Below are positions 20,131 to 29,351 of a stretch of 64,000 bases of DNA, one piece after another. The stretch covers positions 24,400 to 88,399 of the IMG/VR virus record IMGVR_UViG_3300001567_000138; one strand, written 5' to 3'. A program made the position numbers and the translations under genes. This stretch comes from a virus. How positions within the stretch are numbered: position 1 is the first letter of the stretch; the number at the start of each line of letters is the position of its first letter. Under the pieces are notes generated by a model. That model made no database searches and was not told the DNA's origin. It saw only the letters and a program-made list of their open reading frames with translations.

Positions 20131-20978
20131 ATGATGACAAAAACATACGTTGTACAGATCGGAAACAGCGACGATAAGTTGGGCCAGAACGAGTGGGCCG
20201 TGTTCTGCGACCAAGCACAACTCCTTATTCAACAGTGGGGCGGAGAAATACATTTCTCTGGTGCATCGTATCCTACTGCGGAGTGGCAGAATGCAGCCTG
20301 GGTTTTCAATATGAGAACAAGTTTTCTGGACGCTCTTGTAGACGGTCTGCGCGGTCTGTGTGCGCAGTTCCGGCAAGACTCGATTGCTCTAACAGAAGGA
20401 ACAACGTCTTTTATTCAGAAGGGAGTATAAGCATGAGGCCGTTTGACGAAAAACGAAAAGATCGGTTCGCTATCGACATCTTCTCCATCGCCGTCGTTGT
20501 CGTTCTCGGCTTCTGGCTGACAATTGATAACAACGATCCCTCCTGGGTCTTGCTTGCCATCGCTTCCGGGTTCGCTTACGCATGTGTTCGTGTTGCATTC
20601 GGGAGATAGTCCATGAAACCCAAAACAAAGTTTATCGACTATCTTGGAAGCAAGGCAAACGAGAGCGGGGATCACTTCGCTGACATCCTGAGCAAGCTGT
20701 CCTACCAGGCTTGCGACAGCGGCCTTCCCGTTGTGGTTGTGGCCCAATCGCCGCACAAGGGGGATGATACCGTCTGGTTTGTGAATGCAAAGACGGGCGC
20801 AGTCCACGAAGAAGCCCGCGCCAACGGTCGCCCCTGGGGGCACGAGATCATTGGCCCGTTTGAGGATGCGAAAGAGGCGCAAACGTGGTTTGCGGAGCTT
20901 ACTTTGCGCATGGAAACCCTGCGGGCGTACCGCGAGAACCGCCCCCCGATGTTACCGCTTGAAGAGGATAAGCCATGA
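20131..20978 (+). CDS. Three small ORFs (20131-20430, 20433-20609, 20613-20978)
   Basis: Each has an RBS; operon-coupled. Confidence 0.65.
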
Positions 20979-21358
20979 GCGAACTAAAGACCTGCCCGTT
21001 CTGCGGAAGCGACAAACTACACGTAGAGATGGCGTCGTCCTACTACGGCAAAAGACTGCACGCGCATTTCGCCGTGTGCGAGAATGACAATTGCGGCGCA
21101 GAAGGGCCGCACGACCTGAGCGAAAGCGGCGCTGTCGAAAAGTGGAACGCTGCGCCCCGTGTACAGTGTGATGCTCTTCTCAAAGAGAAGAACCGCTTGT
21201 TCCTGGCCTTGCGGTCAATTCATGTTCAATGTGTGTTTCTCATTGACCTTGCCAAAAAGAAACGCCGAACCGCCCTGCCGATTATCCACGAGTTTCACGA
21301 GATTGCGGAAGAAGCCATTGCGGGAATTGTGTGGGAAGATGAAGAGGGTAAGCCATGA
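20975..21358 (+). CDS. Lar-like restriction alleviation protein
   Basis: ELKTCPFCGS...CGAEGP...AVEKWN. Confidence 0.75.
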   Translation: MSELKTCPFCGSDKLHVEMASSYYGKRLHAHFAVCENDNCGAEGPHDLSESGAVEKWNAAPRVQCDALLKEKNRLFLALRSIHVQCVFLIDLAKKKRRTALPIIHEFHEIAEEAIAGIVWEDEEGKP

Positions 21359-21627
21359 GAAAACAAGATATAGAACACTTGAAAGAACGTTTTGCAGTCC
21401 TTCTAGCAACGGGCGTAACGGAGGAGCTTTTCGCCGTCGCGGACATCGGCGTTCTCCTTGCCGAGATCGACAGCCTGCGGGCTGACCTGCGTGTGCTTGC
21501 GAAGAAAGACAACTACACCACTTCGAGCGATGGATTTGAGGACATCTGGCTTATGATTGACGGGGAACCTGATCCAGCCGACTTCGCTGCCGAAGCTCTC
21601 AAGCGGAGCGATGGGGAAGTCGAATAA
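21355..21627 (+). CDS. Hypothetical protein
   Basis: 90-aa coupled ORF. Confidence 0.65.
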   Translation: MRKQDIEHLKERFAVLLATGVTEELFAVADIGVLLAEIDSLRADLRVLAKKDNYTTSSDGFEDIWLMIDGEPDPADFAAEALKRSDGEVE

Positions 21628-21699
21628 CCGCCCCGCAAAAAAACGCTATTTTCGCCTTACCCTTTAACAACGTGAAGAATAAGAGAAAAGAGATAAACA

Positions 21700-22206
21700 A
21701 TGGCAGAAAACACCATCGCTCTACAAGCAGTCCTGCGGGAAAAGACCCGCGACATCTGCACCAAGTACGGCTTCGATAACGAAGCCTTCGTGATCGAGTT
21801 GACCGGCGTCCTGACCCGCGCCCTCTTCGCCCCTACGGGAGAGCGACGCCAGTACACAACGGAAGATTTGCTTGCCATGACGGGGGAAGCCATCGCACAC
21901 GGAACGGCAAATGATCTCTCCCTGCGGGAAGAGTGGGAACGCCTGTTCCACACCTCCCCCGATTGGGAAGGAAACAAGGCCAACCGTGCCTTCCTGCTCT
22001 GGCTGAAAGAGCGCCCCGCTATCGAAAGCCTGGGCGTGTTCGCTTCCTGGTGGTGGGCTAACGACTGGCGCGGAAGCAACGGGCAAGCCCCCACCACGGC
22101 GCAGGTGCGCGAGAACTGGCCCCAGGCGTTCCGGGGCGAAAACCGCCCTGTGGTGAAGAAGCAGGCGACCAGCGAGCGGACTTCCCCGCTGCCGGGAGGG
22201 TTCTAG
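21700..22206 (+). CDS. Putative replication initiator/helicase-loader-like protein
   Basis: Immediately upstream of DnaB; WW..DWRG..GQAPT..QV.E.W. Confidence 0.5.
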   Translation: MAENTIALQAVLREKTRDICTKYGFDNEAFVIELTGVLTRALFAPTGERRQYTTEDLLAMTGEAIAHGTANDLSLREEWERLFHTSPDWEGNKANRAFLLWLKERPAIESLGVFASWWWANDWRGSNGQAPTTAQVRENWPQAFRGENRPVVKKQATSERTSPLPGGF

Positions 22207-22210
22207 CCCC

Positions 22211-23206
22211 ATGCAGAAAACTGATCCCCGCGATGTCGTGTTCTCCCCGCCCCATGTTGGCAGGCTGACACAAACCTACCTGCAAGACAGGTGCGACCAT
22301 AAAGACGACGTGGGTATCCCCTTCGGCTTATCCACGATTGACGAGATTATGAACCCGATGCTGCCCGGCCAACTCGGTATCTGGCTAGGACGCCCCGGCC
22401 ACGGGAAAACGGCTAACATGATGCGGTGGGCAAGGCATCGAGCGCGCTGGCTCCAGATGAACGGAATGACGAATAAGGTGGTGGTGTACGCCACCTACGA
22501 GCAGACGGTCGAAGAACTCTCCGCCTTCCACGTGGCGGGCGAGATCGGCTTGAGCATTACCGATATGGCGCGTGGTAACATCTCCCCCGAAAACATGGAG
22601 GTCATCAAGGTCAACACCACGCACCGGGGAAGCCTGCCTTTGTGGTTCATCGGTCACAGCATCGAGAGGCGCAAGACCCGCCCCCGCCTGGACGTGGAAA
22701 TCCTTGACCGCGCCTTGAAGTCTATCGAAGAGTGGGAAGCGGAAGGCGAGAGGGGCATCGAGATTGATATGGTGTTCGTGGACTATCTCCAACGGATACC
22801 CTACATCGGCAAGCCGGAGAGCAAGGTTGTGGGGACGGGAGAAATCCTCAACGCCCTGAAAGATATGACCCTCAACTTCGCCTGCCCGTTTATGACGGGC
22901 GTGCAAGCGAAGCGGGAAGTAGACCTGTATACCGTGCCCATCCCGACGATGGCTGACGGCCAGTGGACTAGCGAGATCGAGCAGGCTGGCGACCTCGTAA
23001 TGACCAGTGTGCGCCCTGTCAAGTATTGCAACGAGGGCGATCCGTTCGGCTCCATCAAGGTCAAGGGGCGCAACCAAATGTGGATTGCCGTACTCAAGCA
23101 GAAGATGGGCGATAGCAACGTGGGCAAGTGGGTAGACTTCGACCCCGCCTACAACAGGCTGAACGCGATGGAAGAGACGAGCTACGACCTGAACGAGATG
23201 GAGTGA
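22211..23206 (+). CDS. dnaB: DnaB-like replicative helicase
   Basis: GRPGHGKT, VFVDYLQ, SEIEQAGD, KQK. Confidence 0.92.
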   Translation: MQKTDPRDVVFSPPHVGRLTQTYLQDRCDHKDDVGIPFGLSTIDEIMNPMLPGQLGIWLGRPGHGKTANMMRWARHRARWLQMNGMTNKVVVYATYEQTVEELSAFHVAGEIGLSITDMARGNISPENMEVIKVNTTHRGSLPLWFIGHSIERRKTRPRLDVEILDRALKSIEEWEAEGERGIEIDMVFVDYLQRIPYIGKPESKVVGTGEILNALKDMTLNFACPFMTGVQAKREVDLYTVPIPTMADGQWTSEIEQAGDLVMTSVRPVKYCNEGDPFGSIKVKGRNQMWIAVLKQKMGDSNVGKWVDFDPAYNRLNAMEETSYDLNEME

Positions 23207-23267
23207 CATTTGTCACAATCGAACATGACAGAAATCACTTGCAGATGTCAAAAACTGCTGTTATAAT
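23203..23267 (+). promoter_or_regulatory. Promoter TTGCAG-17-TATAAT with tandem boxes
   Basis: GTGACATTTGTCAC at 23203-23216 and ATGACAGAAATCAC at 23225-23238 abutting -35. Confidence 0.8.
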
Positions 23268-23274
23268 TGAGGTA

Positions 23275-23935
23275 ATCTGCAAAGGCAGAGGATGGAGGCG
23301 GTTATCGTCCGCTACAAAGAGGAGAATGTCCCTTAGAGGATCGAAGTCCCCTCCCCAAAATCTGAGCAAGGTCGATGGGTACTGCTGGCCGAAAACATGG
23401 AGGCTGACCCGATGGCAAACCGTAGGCATACGGAGTTGCGCGCCGGAGCGAAAGCGATGAAGGAGCGACGCACAGGGAAATCCACAAAGAAGCCCGACCA
23501 GCAGTCAGTTGATCTAAACACTTCATGGGAAGGTGTGACACACGTGAAACGTAACCGGATACCGAAGTGCGCTCAGATTACAAACAATGGTGGTCTTTCG
23601 ATAAGAACCGGAGGGCAACTGGCTTTGGGCAATAGAGTTAACCGGGGAACTGCCACGGCCAGCCACCAGAAAGTAGCATCGGTTGCGAAGCTGGAGCAAC
23701 GAGAGACTCCATAATCGGTAGTACAGTGTGCGGAGGTCTGACCAGGAATTAACCTGGATGGACGACTAACTACTCCGAAAGGGTTGATCCAGCAAGTGAG
23801 CCGAAGTAAAGAGACCCCACTTAGACAGGGGACAACTCACAGGAAAAGGTGGCCGATGCAGGCAATAGCGCGTGTCCTCTAAAACTATCGGTGGCTCACG
23901 TGGGCATCCGGGCGAAACCAACCGAGCGCGCAAAT
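23275..23935 (+). ncRNA. Candidate large structured ncRNA(s)
   Basis: No credible CDS; nested helices 23359-67/23571-79, 23381-88/23498-505, 23796-802/23893-99; GNRA-capped hairpins. Confidence 0.7.
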
Positions 23936-23939
23936 CATA

Positions 23940-24010
23940 GCCGACATGGTGTAATGGCAGCACAGCAAGTTCGTATCTTGCTAGTACTGGTTCAAGTCCA
24001 GTTGTCTGCT
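23940..24010 (+). tRNA. tRNA-Thr(CGT)
   Basis: Cloverleaf, anticodon arm GCAAG-TTCGTAT-CTTGC, GGTTCAAGTCC T arm; C3:U70 mismatch; CCA not encoded. Confidence 0.88.
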
Positions 24011-24020
24011 CAGTAAACAT

Positions 24021-24098
24021 AGCGAGATCGCCTAGTCTGGTCTAAGGCAACGGACTCATAATCCGTGATCGCAAGTCCAAATCTTGCTCTCGCTACCA
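24021..24098 (+). tRNA. tRNA with CAT anticodon (Met, or Ile2)
   Basis: AGCGAGA/TCTCGCT acceptor stem + ACCA; ACGGA-CTCATAA-TCCGT anticodon arm; T loop TCCAAAT. Confidence 0.9.
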
Positions 24099-24099
24099 T

Positions 24100-24340
24100 G
24101 ACCCGGCAACAGACCTGCGGAAACGCTTGCTTACTGTTGCGTAACACAGAGATAAACGGGGCCTCTGGCGGAGGAAAGCCGATAACTCAACCTCTTCGTC
24201 GGGTGGACAGGTGAAATCCGGCAAACACGTGTGAGACGTTGCCGACAACCAGGTAACTCGGATGGTTCTTGGGACGATGACGACGCCCAAGTGCAATAGG
24301 TGCTGGCGGTTGTTGGGGCCAATCCGGGCAACGTCTCTAT
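24100..24340 (+). ncRNA. Candidate structured RNA downstream of the tRNAs
   Basis: GCAACAG/CTGTTGC stem; 11-bp GAGACGTTGCC/GGCAACGTCTC closing a multi-stem domain. Confidence 0.55.
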
Positions 24341-24363
24341 GTTTCCTAGAAAGGAGAACAAAG

Positions 24364-24516
24364 ATGGCATTAATTCCATTGGACATCGAGTTCGACCAAA
24401 CGCCCGCCCGCCGGGAAGATGAGGACGACACCTGCCCCTACTGCGGGGGAACGGGGTACTCTGATGACGGTTCCTGCCCGTACTGCTACGAGGAAGAAGG
24501 CGAAGATGGAGATTGA
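24364..24516 (+). CDS. Small acidic Zn-finger protein
   Basis: AAAGGAG RBS; CPYCGGTG...CPYC. Confidence 0.7.
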   Translation: MALIPLDIEFDQTPARREDEDDTCPYCGGTGYSDDGSCPYCYEEEGEDGD

Positions 24517-24838
24517 AAAGTTGCGAGAGATTCGCCGCCGGTGTGATGCCGCGACGATTGGCCCGTGGGTGGTTGAGCAGGGCGACTACAGCGGTTCTAA
24601 CTGGCTTGTCGGTTCTCTTTTGGTTGGCTTCGATGACAAGACTCAAAAGGACTACGTTGTTCACATTACCACAGATAGTATTCACGCAAGCGAATATGAA
24701 AGCGATGGTGCGCTGGCTGATGCGGAGTTTATCGCCCATGCCCGCACCGACATCCCGGAACTGGTGAGCGAAGTTGTCCGGCTGATGCTGGTCATCGAGA
24801 AACTTACGGAAGTGCGTAAAGAAGGGAGCCAGTCGTGA
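24506..24838 (+). CDS. Ead/Ea22-like phage protein
   Basis: AATIGPW...DAEFIAHARTDIPEL. Confidence 0.7.
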   Translation: MEIEKLREIRRRCDAATIGPWVVEQGDYSGSNWLVGSLLVGFDDKTQKDYVVHITTDSIHASEYESDGALADAEFIAHARTDIPELVSEVVRLMLVIEKLTEVRKEGSQS

Positions 24839-25062
24839 ACGATGGCATGCTTTGGTTTGATAAAAATGGAACTATCGAAGAAAGAGTTATTCGTGCTGTC
24901 AATTACTACAAGGGCCGGTATGCACAGACGCCGAATATCTGTTTTGTCCACCCAAACACGAAGGGGATCAGCAATCTAAAGAAAGTTGCCGGGTGCGAAA
25001 TGCGCACTACGCGCTCCGTACTCCCGAATCACTTTTGGATTGGGAAACATGAAAACAACTAG
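24835..25062 (+). CDS. Conserved small hypothetical protein
   Basis: GMLWFD...PNICFVHP...RSVLPNHFWIG. Confidence 0.75.
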   Translation: MNDGMLWFDKNGTIEERVIRAVNYYKGRYAQTPNICFVHPNTKGISNLKKVAGCEMRTTRSVLPNHFWIGKHENN

Positions 25063-26978
25063 CGAAATCAAAGACTTCCTGCAAGTCAAGGCCGCTTTCT
25101 GCGAGCCTACCTACACCATCGAACCAGGGTTCCAGGGGGCGATCATCGGCGTGATCGGGAAGGCGATCAAGTCCGCCTTCAACGGAGCGGTCAGCAAGAA
25201 AGAGGACGTGGACGCCTACCGCCATCGCCTGATTGCTTTCCTATTTTCCGAAAATCCAACTAAGTCGATGTCAACCAAAGCCCTTACCATCAACGACTGG
25301 TACGCTCTTTCCGTGTGGGTCGATGCCCACAAAGACGATGTGAGCGGCGAGTGGCTGGCCGGAAATTCGGAGCTTGTGCAGGATGTGCTTACGATCCTGA
25401 ACGAAGCCGCCCGCCTGGATGGGCAGGCGGAATTGGCGTTTGCCGCCGAACTAAAAAACATGGGCTACGATGGGCCTGCAATATAAACGGAGGTAGAGAT
25501 GGACGTGAAACGCTATAAAATCATTGTGGCCGCTCAGGTGTCGGTCTTGGAAGATGGGGTCAATCGGGCGATGGAAGAAGGATATATGCCTTGTGGCGGG
25601 ATATGCGAAGCCGTGAACGGCAGGCTGTTCCTGCAACCGATGATCCTATACCCGGTGTACTCTGCCCGTCGCCACGAGGGAAGTGTTGTTACCTGGGCTG
25701 CGCTCACGGATGCTATGCTGCGTACCAATGACGTAGGGGCCGACAATGGAAACGACTAGCTTAGATTTACTTCTCCGCTCCCGCCGCTCCCACAAGCCGC
25801 CTGCACAGCGGAAGTGTCGCTTCTGGTGGTGTCCGAAGTTCGCCTACGGTGCGGGCGACCTGTGTGTGGGCCACCTGCGCAACAAGCAGCGGAATGGACA
25901 CCCCCTGGCGGGGAAGGATGCGCCCGCTCTCTACACCCACGTTGTCGATGAACTGTACCCGCTCTTGCGTTCCCTGATTGCGAACTGCATGTATGTCGAT
26001 GACCGGGGGGCGGTGATGTGTGTGCATTGCAAGGAGTATGCAGGCAAGGATACGATGGGCGATTCCCTTCTTGCTCACCTTCCATCTTGCCCCGTTGAAA
26101 AAGCGCGTGAAATCTTGCTGCGAGAATAGATGCCCCGTTCCCCGCTAACCGTCCCCGAACCGAGGCGCTCCCTTCCTTCTCCCCCCGATAACCGCAGGGG
26201 GAGAAAGGGCTTTACGCCTTCCGTTGTGCCCCCCTTCACCCCCACCCCCGAAATGCCAATCAACCCCGGCGAGATCATCTCCGAGGAAGATCAGAACCGC
26301 TTGATGCAGGCGGATCACATCTTTACGATGACCTTCTTCGACATTGGGGATACGGCCTTGCGGTATGTGGAACAAGCCCCGTGTGTGCGCAAAGACAAAA
26401 GGGTTGTCACTATCGCCCACGTGTACAAGAGCGTGGGCTACTTCTGCCGCCGCCAGGAGCGGACGGTGCGCCTGTATGCGGAAACGGCGCAGTTCTTCTC
26501 CCCTGCTGTGCGCGCAGAGTACGATTGTGTGCCGTTCTCTACCTTCGTGATGGCAAAAACGTTCGGGGGCGATTGGGAACAAATCTTGCAGTTCGCTCAG
26601 GATAAACCCTCTGCCAGCGTGGACGAAATCCGCTACCACTTCCGCCAACTGAAGGAACAGCAGCGGGAAGAAGGCGCAGAACGCTTCCACACGGCCCCAC
26701 AGGGCGAAGATGTGCGGGAATGTGATGTTGACGCCCCGGAGCCTTCCTGTGGGCTTGCAGAGGCTTCTAGCGAGCCTGTGGGCGAGGTTGTAGACGTGGA
26801 GCGTGGAAAACGCCTGGTATCCTTCGCTCTCTCGCAGCTTTCGAGTGTCGTGGATGCGCTTTCATCTATCGCCCGCAGTGATGCGATCACGGAGCGGGCT
26901 TACCTCGCTGTACGCAAGGCTTTGGAGGCGGTAGCGGAGGCGATCAAGGTGGTGCGGGAAGAGATGGGCAAGGTGTGA
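25049..26978 (+). CDS. Four hypothetical ORFs (25049-25486, DUF1737-like 25499-25759, 25746-26129, 26130-26978)
   Basis: Coupled ORFs ending at a terminator. Confidence 0.65.
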
Positions 26979-26997
26979 CCGGCAGCAGGTTAAACGC

Positions 26998-27030
26998 AAA
27001 AAGCCCCCGGATGTTTTCGGGGGCTTTTCT
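26998..27030. terminator. Bidirectional intrinsic terminator
   Basis: AAAAGCCCCCG-8nt-CGGGGGCTTTT between convergent operons. Confidence 0.9.
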
Positions 27031-27045
27031 TTCGTGTGTTTCTCG

Positions 27046-27321
27046 TTATGCTTCTTTCAACGTTGCGATTACATTGGCGGCAGCACCTTGACCGTTGTCG
27101 CGGTCGTATCCCCACGGGTCAAGCGTATCGCCCGTCAAGTCCACCTTCATCACGCGGCCTTTCAGGTAGTCGAAATACGTCTGGTCTTTTAGGAGTTCGG
27201 TAGCCTCATCCTCTTTCATATCGACCGGCTCAAAGTGCATAAACCCAAGCCCAAGCGGGCGAGAGTTGTTGTACAGCGCGGCCAAAACCTGCGCTTTATT
27301 GAGTTTGCTAATGTCGATCAT
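27046..27321 (-). CDS. Conserved phage hypothetical protein
   Basis: AAAAGGAG RBS; MIDISKLNKAQVLAALYN...YFDYLKGRVMKVD. Confidence 0.8.
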   Translation of the reverse strand: MIDISKLNKAQVLAALYNNSRPLGLGFMHFEPVDMKEDEATELLKDQTYFDYLKGRVMKVDLTGDTLDPWGYDRDNGQGAAANVIATLKEA

Positions 27322-27427
27322 CTGATTGTTCTCCTTTTCTGTGATACGTGGGTATGTGTGGGTTACTTCGGCAGTGTGATAGATGATGTTTTCGGGGGCT
27401 TTTCGTTTGTGAATGTGTGCGTGTGTA

Positions 27428-27676
27428 CTACCTCCCGCCAACGCAGGCGGTCAATACCTTGATGCAGGCTTCGGTGGGTAACTCGCCCATGTCGTCAACC
27501 AGCAGATGATACATGTTCTGCGCGGCGGCGTCCTGTGGGATGTAGTCGGAATAGTCCGCTGGCGCATCTTGCAGCCAATCCGTCTCGCCCGTGCGGTAGT
27601 TGTGCCAGCCCATTGTCGGGCTGGAATCTCCTGGCATCTCGTTCACCATCATTCCAAAATGGATTTTTTCGCTCAT
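27428..27676 (-). CDS. Hypothetical protein
   Basis: AAAAGGAG RBS; 82 aa. Confidence 0.75.
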   Translation of the reverse strand: MSEKIHFGMMVNEMPGDSSPTMGWHNYRTGETDWLQDAPADYSDYIPQDAAAQNMYHLLVDDMGELPTEACIKVLTACVGGR

Positions 27677-27717
27677 CTCTCGCTCCTTTTCTGTGTGTAT
27701 ATGTGGGTATGTGTGGG

Positions 27718-28242
27718 TTACTTCGGCAGTGTGATGGAGGCAGAAGGGAACTCCTTAATCGTCATCCATTCGGGCTTTTCGACAATCTTGTTGTCGATTG
27801 CGGCCTTCACGGAATCGGCGTTGATCGAGTAATTGACTGCGGTGGGAAGGTTCTTGTTCACCCAGGCCATGTATTCGGCGTCGGGGATGCTCACCTTGAT
27901 ATCCCGCTTGCGTACCTGGATGCTCACGCCCTTCACGGGGCTTTTCTCTTTGGTGGCGTTGTAGTGTGCAACGGCAGCGGCGCGCAGTTCGCCGTCAATG
28001 GCTTCCGCTTCGTGCATCTTCGCAAGAACGGACAGGGACGCGGTGGCGATCGCTTCCGACTCTTTCGTTGCGCTCAGGGCGCGGTCGAGATTCGCCAGGG
28101 TTTCGTTTGCGGCAGCAAAGGCGGCGTGTTCGGGCGTCTGTGTGAGTGCAAGCATAGCCTCGCCGCGCTCTTTCTCCGCTTTGGCGACTTCTGCTTTTGC
28201 CTGCACCAGCTTGTCATAGAGTTCTTGCAGGGTGGCGGTCAT
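27718..28242 (-). CDS. Coiled-coil protein, possibly Gam/Gp157-like
   Basis: Long Ala/Glu helix plus short beta C-terminal domain. Confidence 0.55.
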   Translation of the reverse strand: MTATLQELYDKLVQAKAEVAKAEKERGEAMLALTQTPEHAAFAAANETLANLDRALSATKESEAIATASLSVLAKMHEAEAIDGELRAAAVAHYNATKEKSPVKGVSIQVRKRDIKVSIPDAEYMAWVNKNLPTAVNYSINADSVKAAIDNKIVEKPEWMTIKEFPSASITLPK

Positions 28243-28412
28243 TTGCGCCCCCGGTTGATGCGGCGGGAGCGGGCGGCGATCTTGCGGGCCTTCCGCGCCT
28301 TCTTGGGGTTGTGGGGGCTTTTGGTGATGCCGCGGGCGGGCTTGCGCTCATCCTCTACCTGCTTGGGGCCGGGGATGGTATTCTTGGGTGCTTCGGGTAC
28401 TTGCGTTTCCAT
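28239..28412 (-). CDS. Small basic protein
   Basis: METQVP...KKARKARKIAARSRRINRGRK; RBS; absent from the ORF track. Confidence 0.6.
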   Translation of the reverse strand: METQVPEAPKNTIPGPKQVEDERKPARGITKSPHNPKKARKARKIAARSRRINRGRK

Positions 28413-28418
28413 GTGTGC

Positions 28419-29321
28419 TTATTCTCCTTTCGTTTCAAATGCGGATTTGGCGAGTTCGTCCTTGTACCACTCTGGCAGGCCACGGGTCAGCCCACGCTTG
28501 ATCTTGGGCCAGAAGTGTGCCCACAGAGCGGCCTTGATTTCTTCCTCGCACTCGGACTCGACATCCTTCACCACGCCCAGGATGAGCTTACCGATGTCGG
28601 TTGGGTCGTCCGCGAGCAGGCCATCTTCGCGCAGGTGGTTGACCGACTTCTGCCAGCGGGCCGGGCTGGTGTACTTGTCGGTGAGCGTGTCTACAACGTC
28701 AGACGGGGCCGGGTTGTTCTTGCGCCACTCCCCGCCGTGGACTTCCTTGAAGGCTTCGCTAACATACTTCCCGATGCAGGGCTTGGCGTCGCGGGAGAAC
28801 TGGTTGTGGTTCTTGACCACGATCCCCTCGATCTTCGAGCCACCCAGGATGGATGTGCGCTCTAAAAAGCCTTTCAGAACTTCCACGCTCTCGATGTTTC
28901 CGCGGGCAAGCAGGGGAACGCACTCCAGGCCGATGCGTTCAAACTCCGCCTGCTTTTCCCTGTACCCCATGTACGTCTCTGGCCCCACCATAATGTCGAA
29001 GCCGATCAGGTACTTGTTGGGTGCGCGGTCGTAGGCCAGGGTGTTGTGTTTTTGGGAGCGCAGGTATTCGCAGCGGTACACGAATCCTTCTACCAGGTGG
29101 GGAGCGAGTTCGAGGGCGGTTTCGATGGCCTTGCTGAACATGCTCTCGTGTGCGTCAAGGATGATCTGCGCGTTATGGGAGCGGCATTGCAGTTCCCCGT
29201 CAACCAGGCCGAATGAAAACTGGCTTCCGTCCACCTTCTCCTCAACGATCACTTCGCCCTCAAACAGGTTGGGGATAGATGGGTGGCCGATGGCATAAAC
29301 CTTTGGGTAAGAATTAATCAT
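28419..29321 (-). CDS. ATP-dependent RNA ligase (Rnl2-like)
   Basis: YPK, EEKVDGSQ (KxDG), CEY, GFDI, EGIVVK, GKYVSEAF. Confidence 0.88.
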   Translation of the reverse strand: MINSYPKVYAIGHPSIPNLFEGEVIVEEKVDGSQFSFGLVDGELQCRSHNAQIILDAHESMFSKAIETALELAPHLVEGFVYRCEYLRSQKHNTLAYDRAPNKYLIGFDIMVGPETYMGYREKQAEFERIGLECVPLLARGNIESVEVLKGFLERTSILGGSKIEGIVVKNHNQFSRDAKPCIGKYVSEAFKEVHGGEWRKNNPAPSDVVDTLTDKYTSPARWQKSVNHLREDGLLADDPTDIGKLILGVVKDVESECEEEIKAALWAHFWPKIKRGLTRGLPEWYKDELAKSAFETKGE

Positions 29322-29351
29322 GCTTACTCTCCTTTCGTGTGTGTGTACGGG

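Noticed and set aside
23288-23360. Third, degenerate tRNA (T-arm-like GGATCGAAGTCC)
   Set aside because: No consistent acceptor or anticodon stems could be built
23275-24340. Group I/II intron, RNase P RNA or tmRNA; also the short ORFs listed here
   Set aside because: No interrupted gene, no convincing domain V or P7; GAGGAAAG at 24171 lacks the rest of RNase P; no tmRNA ends; the ORFs lack RBS and overlap tRNAs
27535-29034. 499-aa plus-strand ORF
   Set aside because: Antisense shadow of the RNA ligase and neighbouring genes in GC-rich DNA
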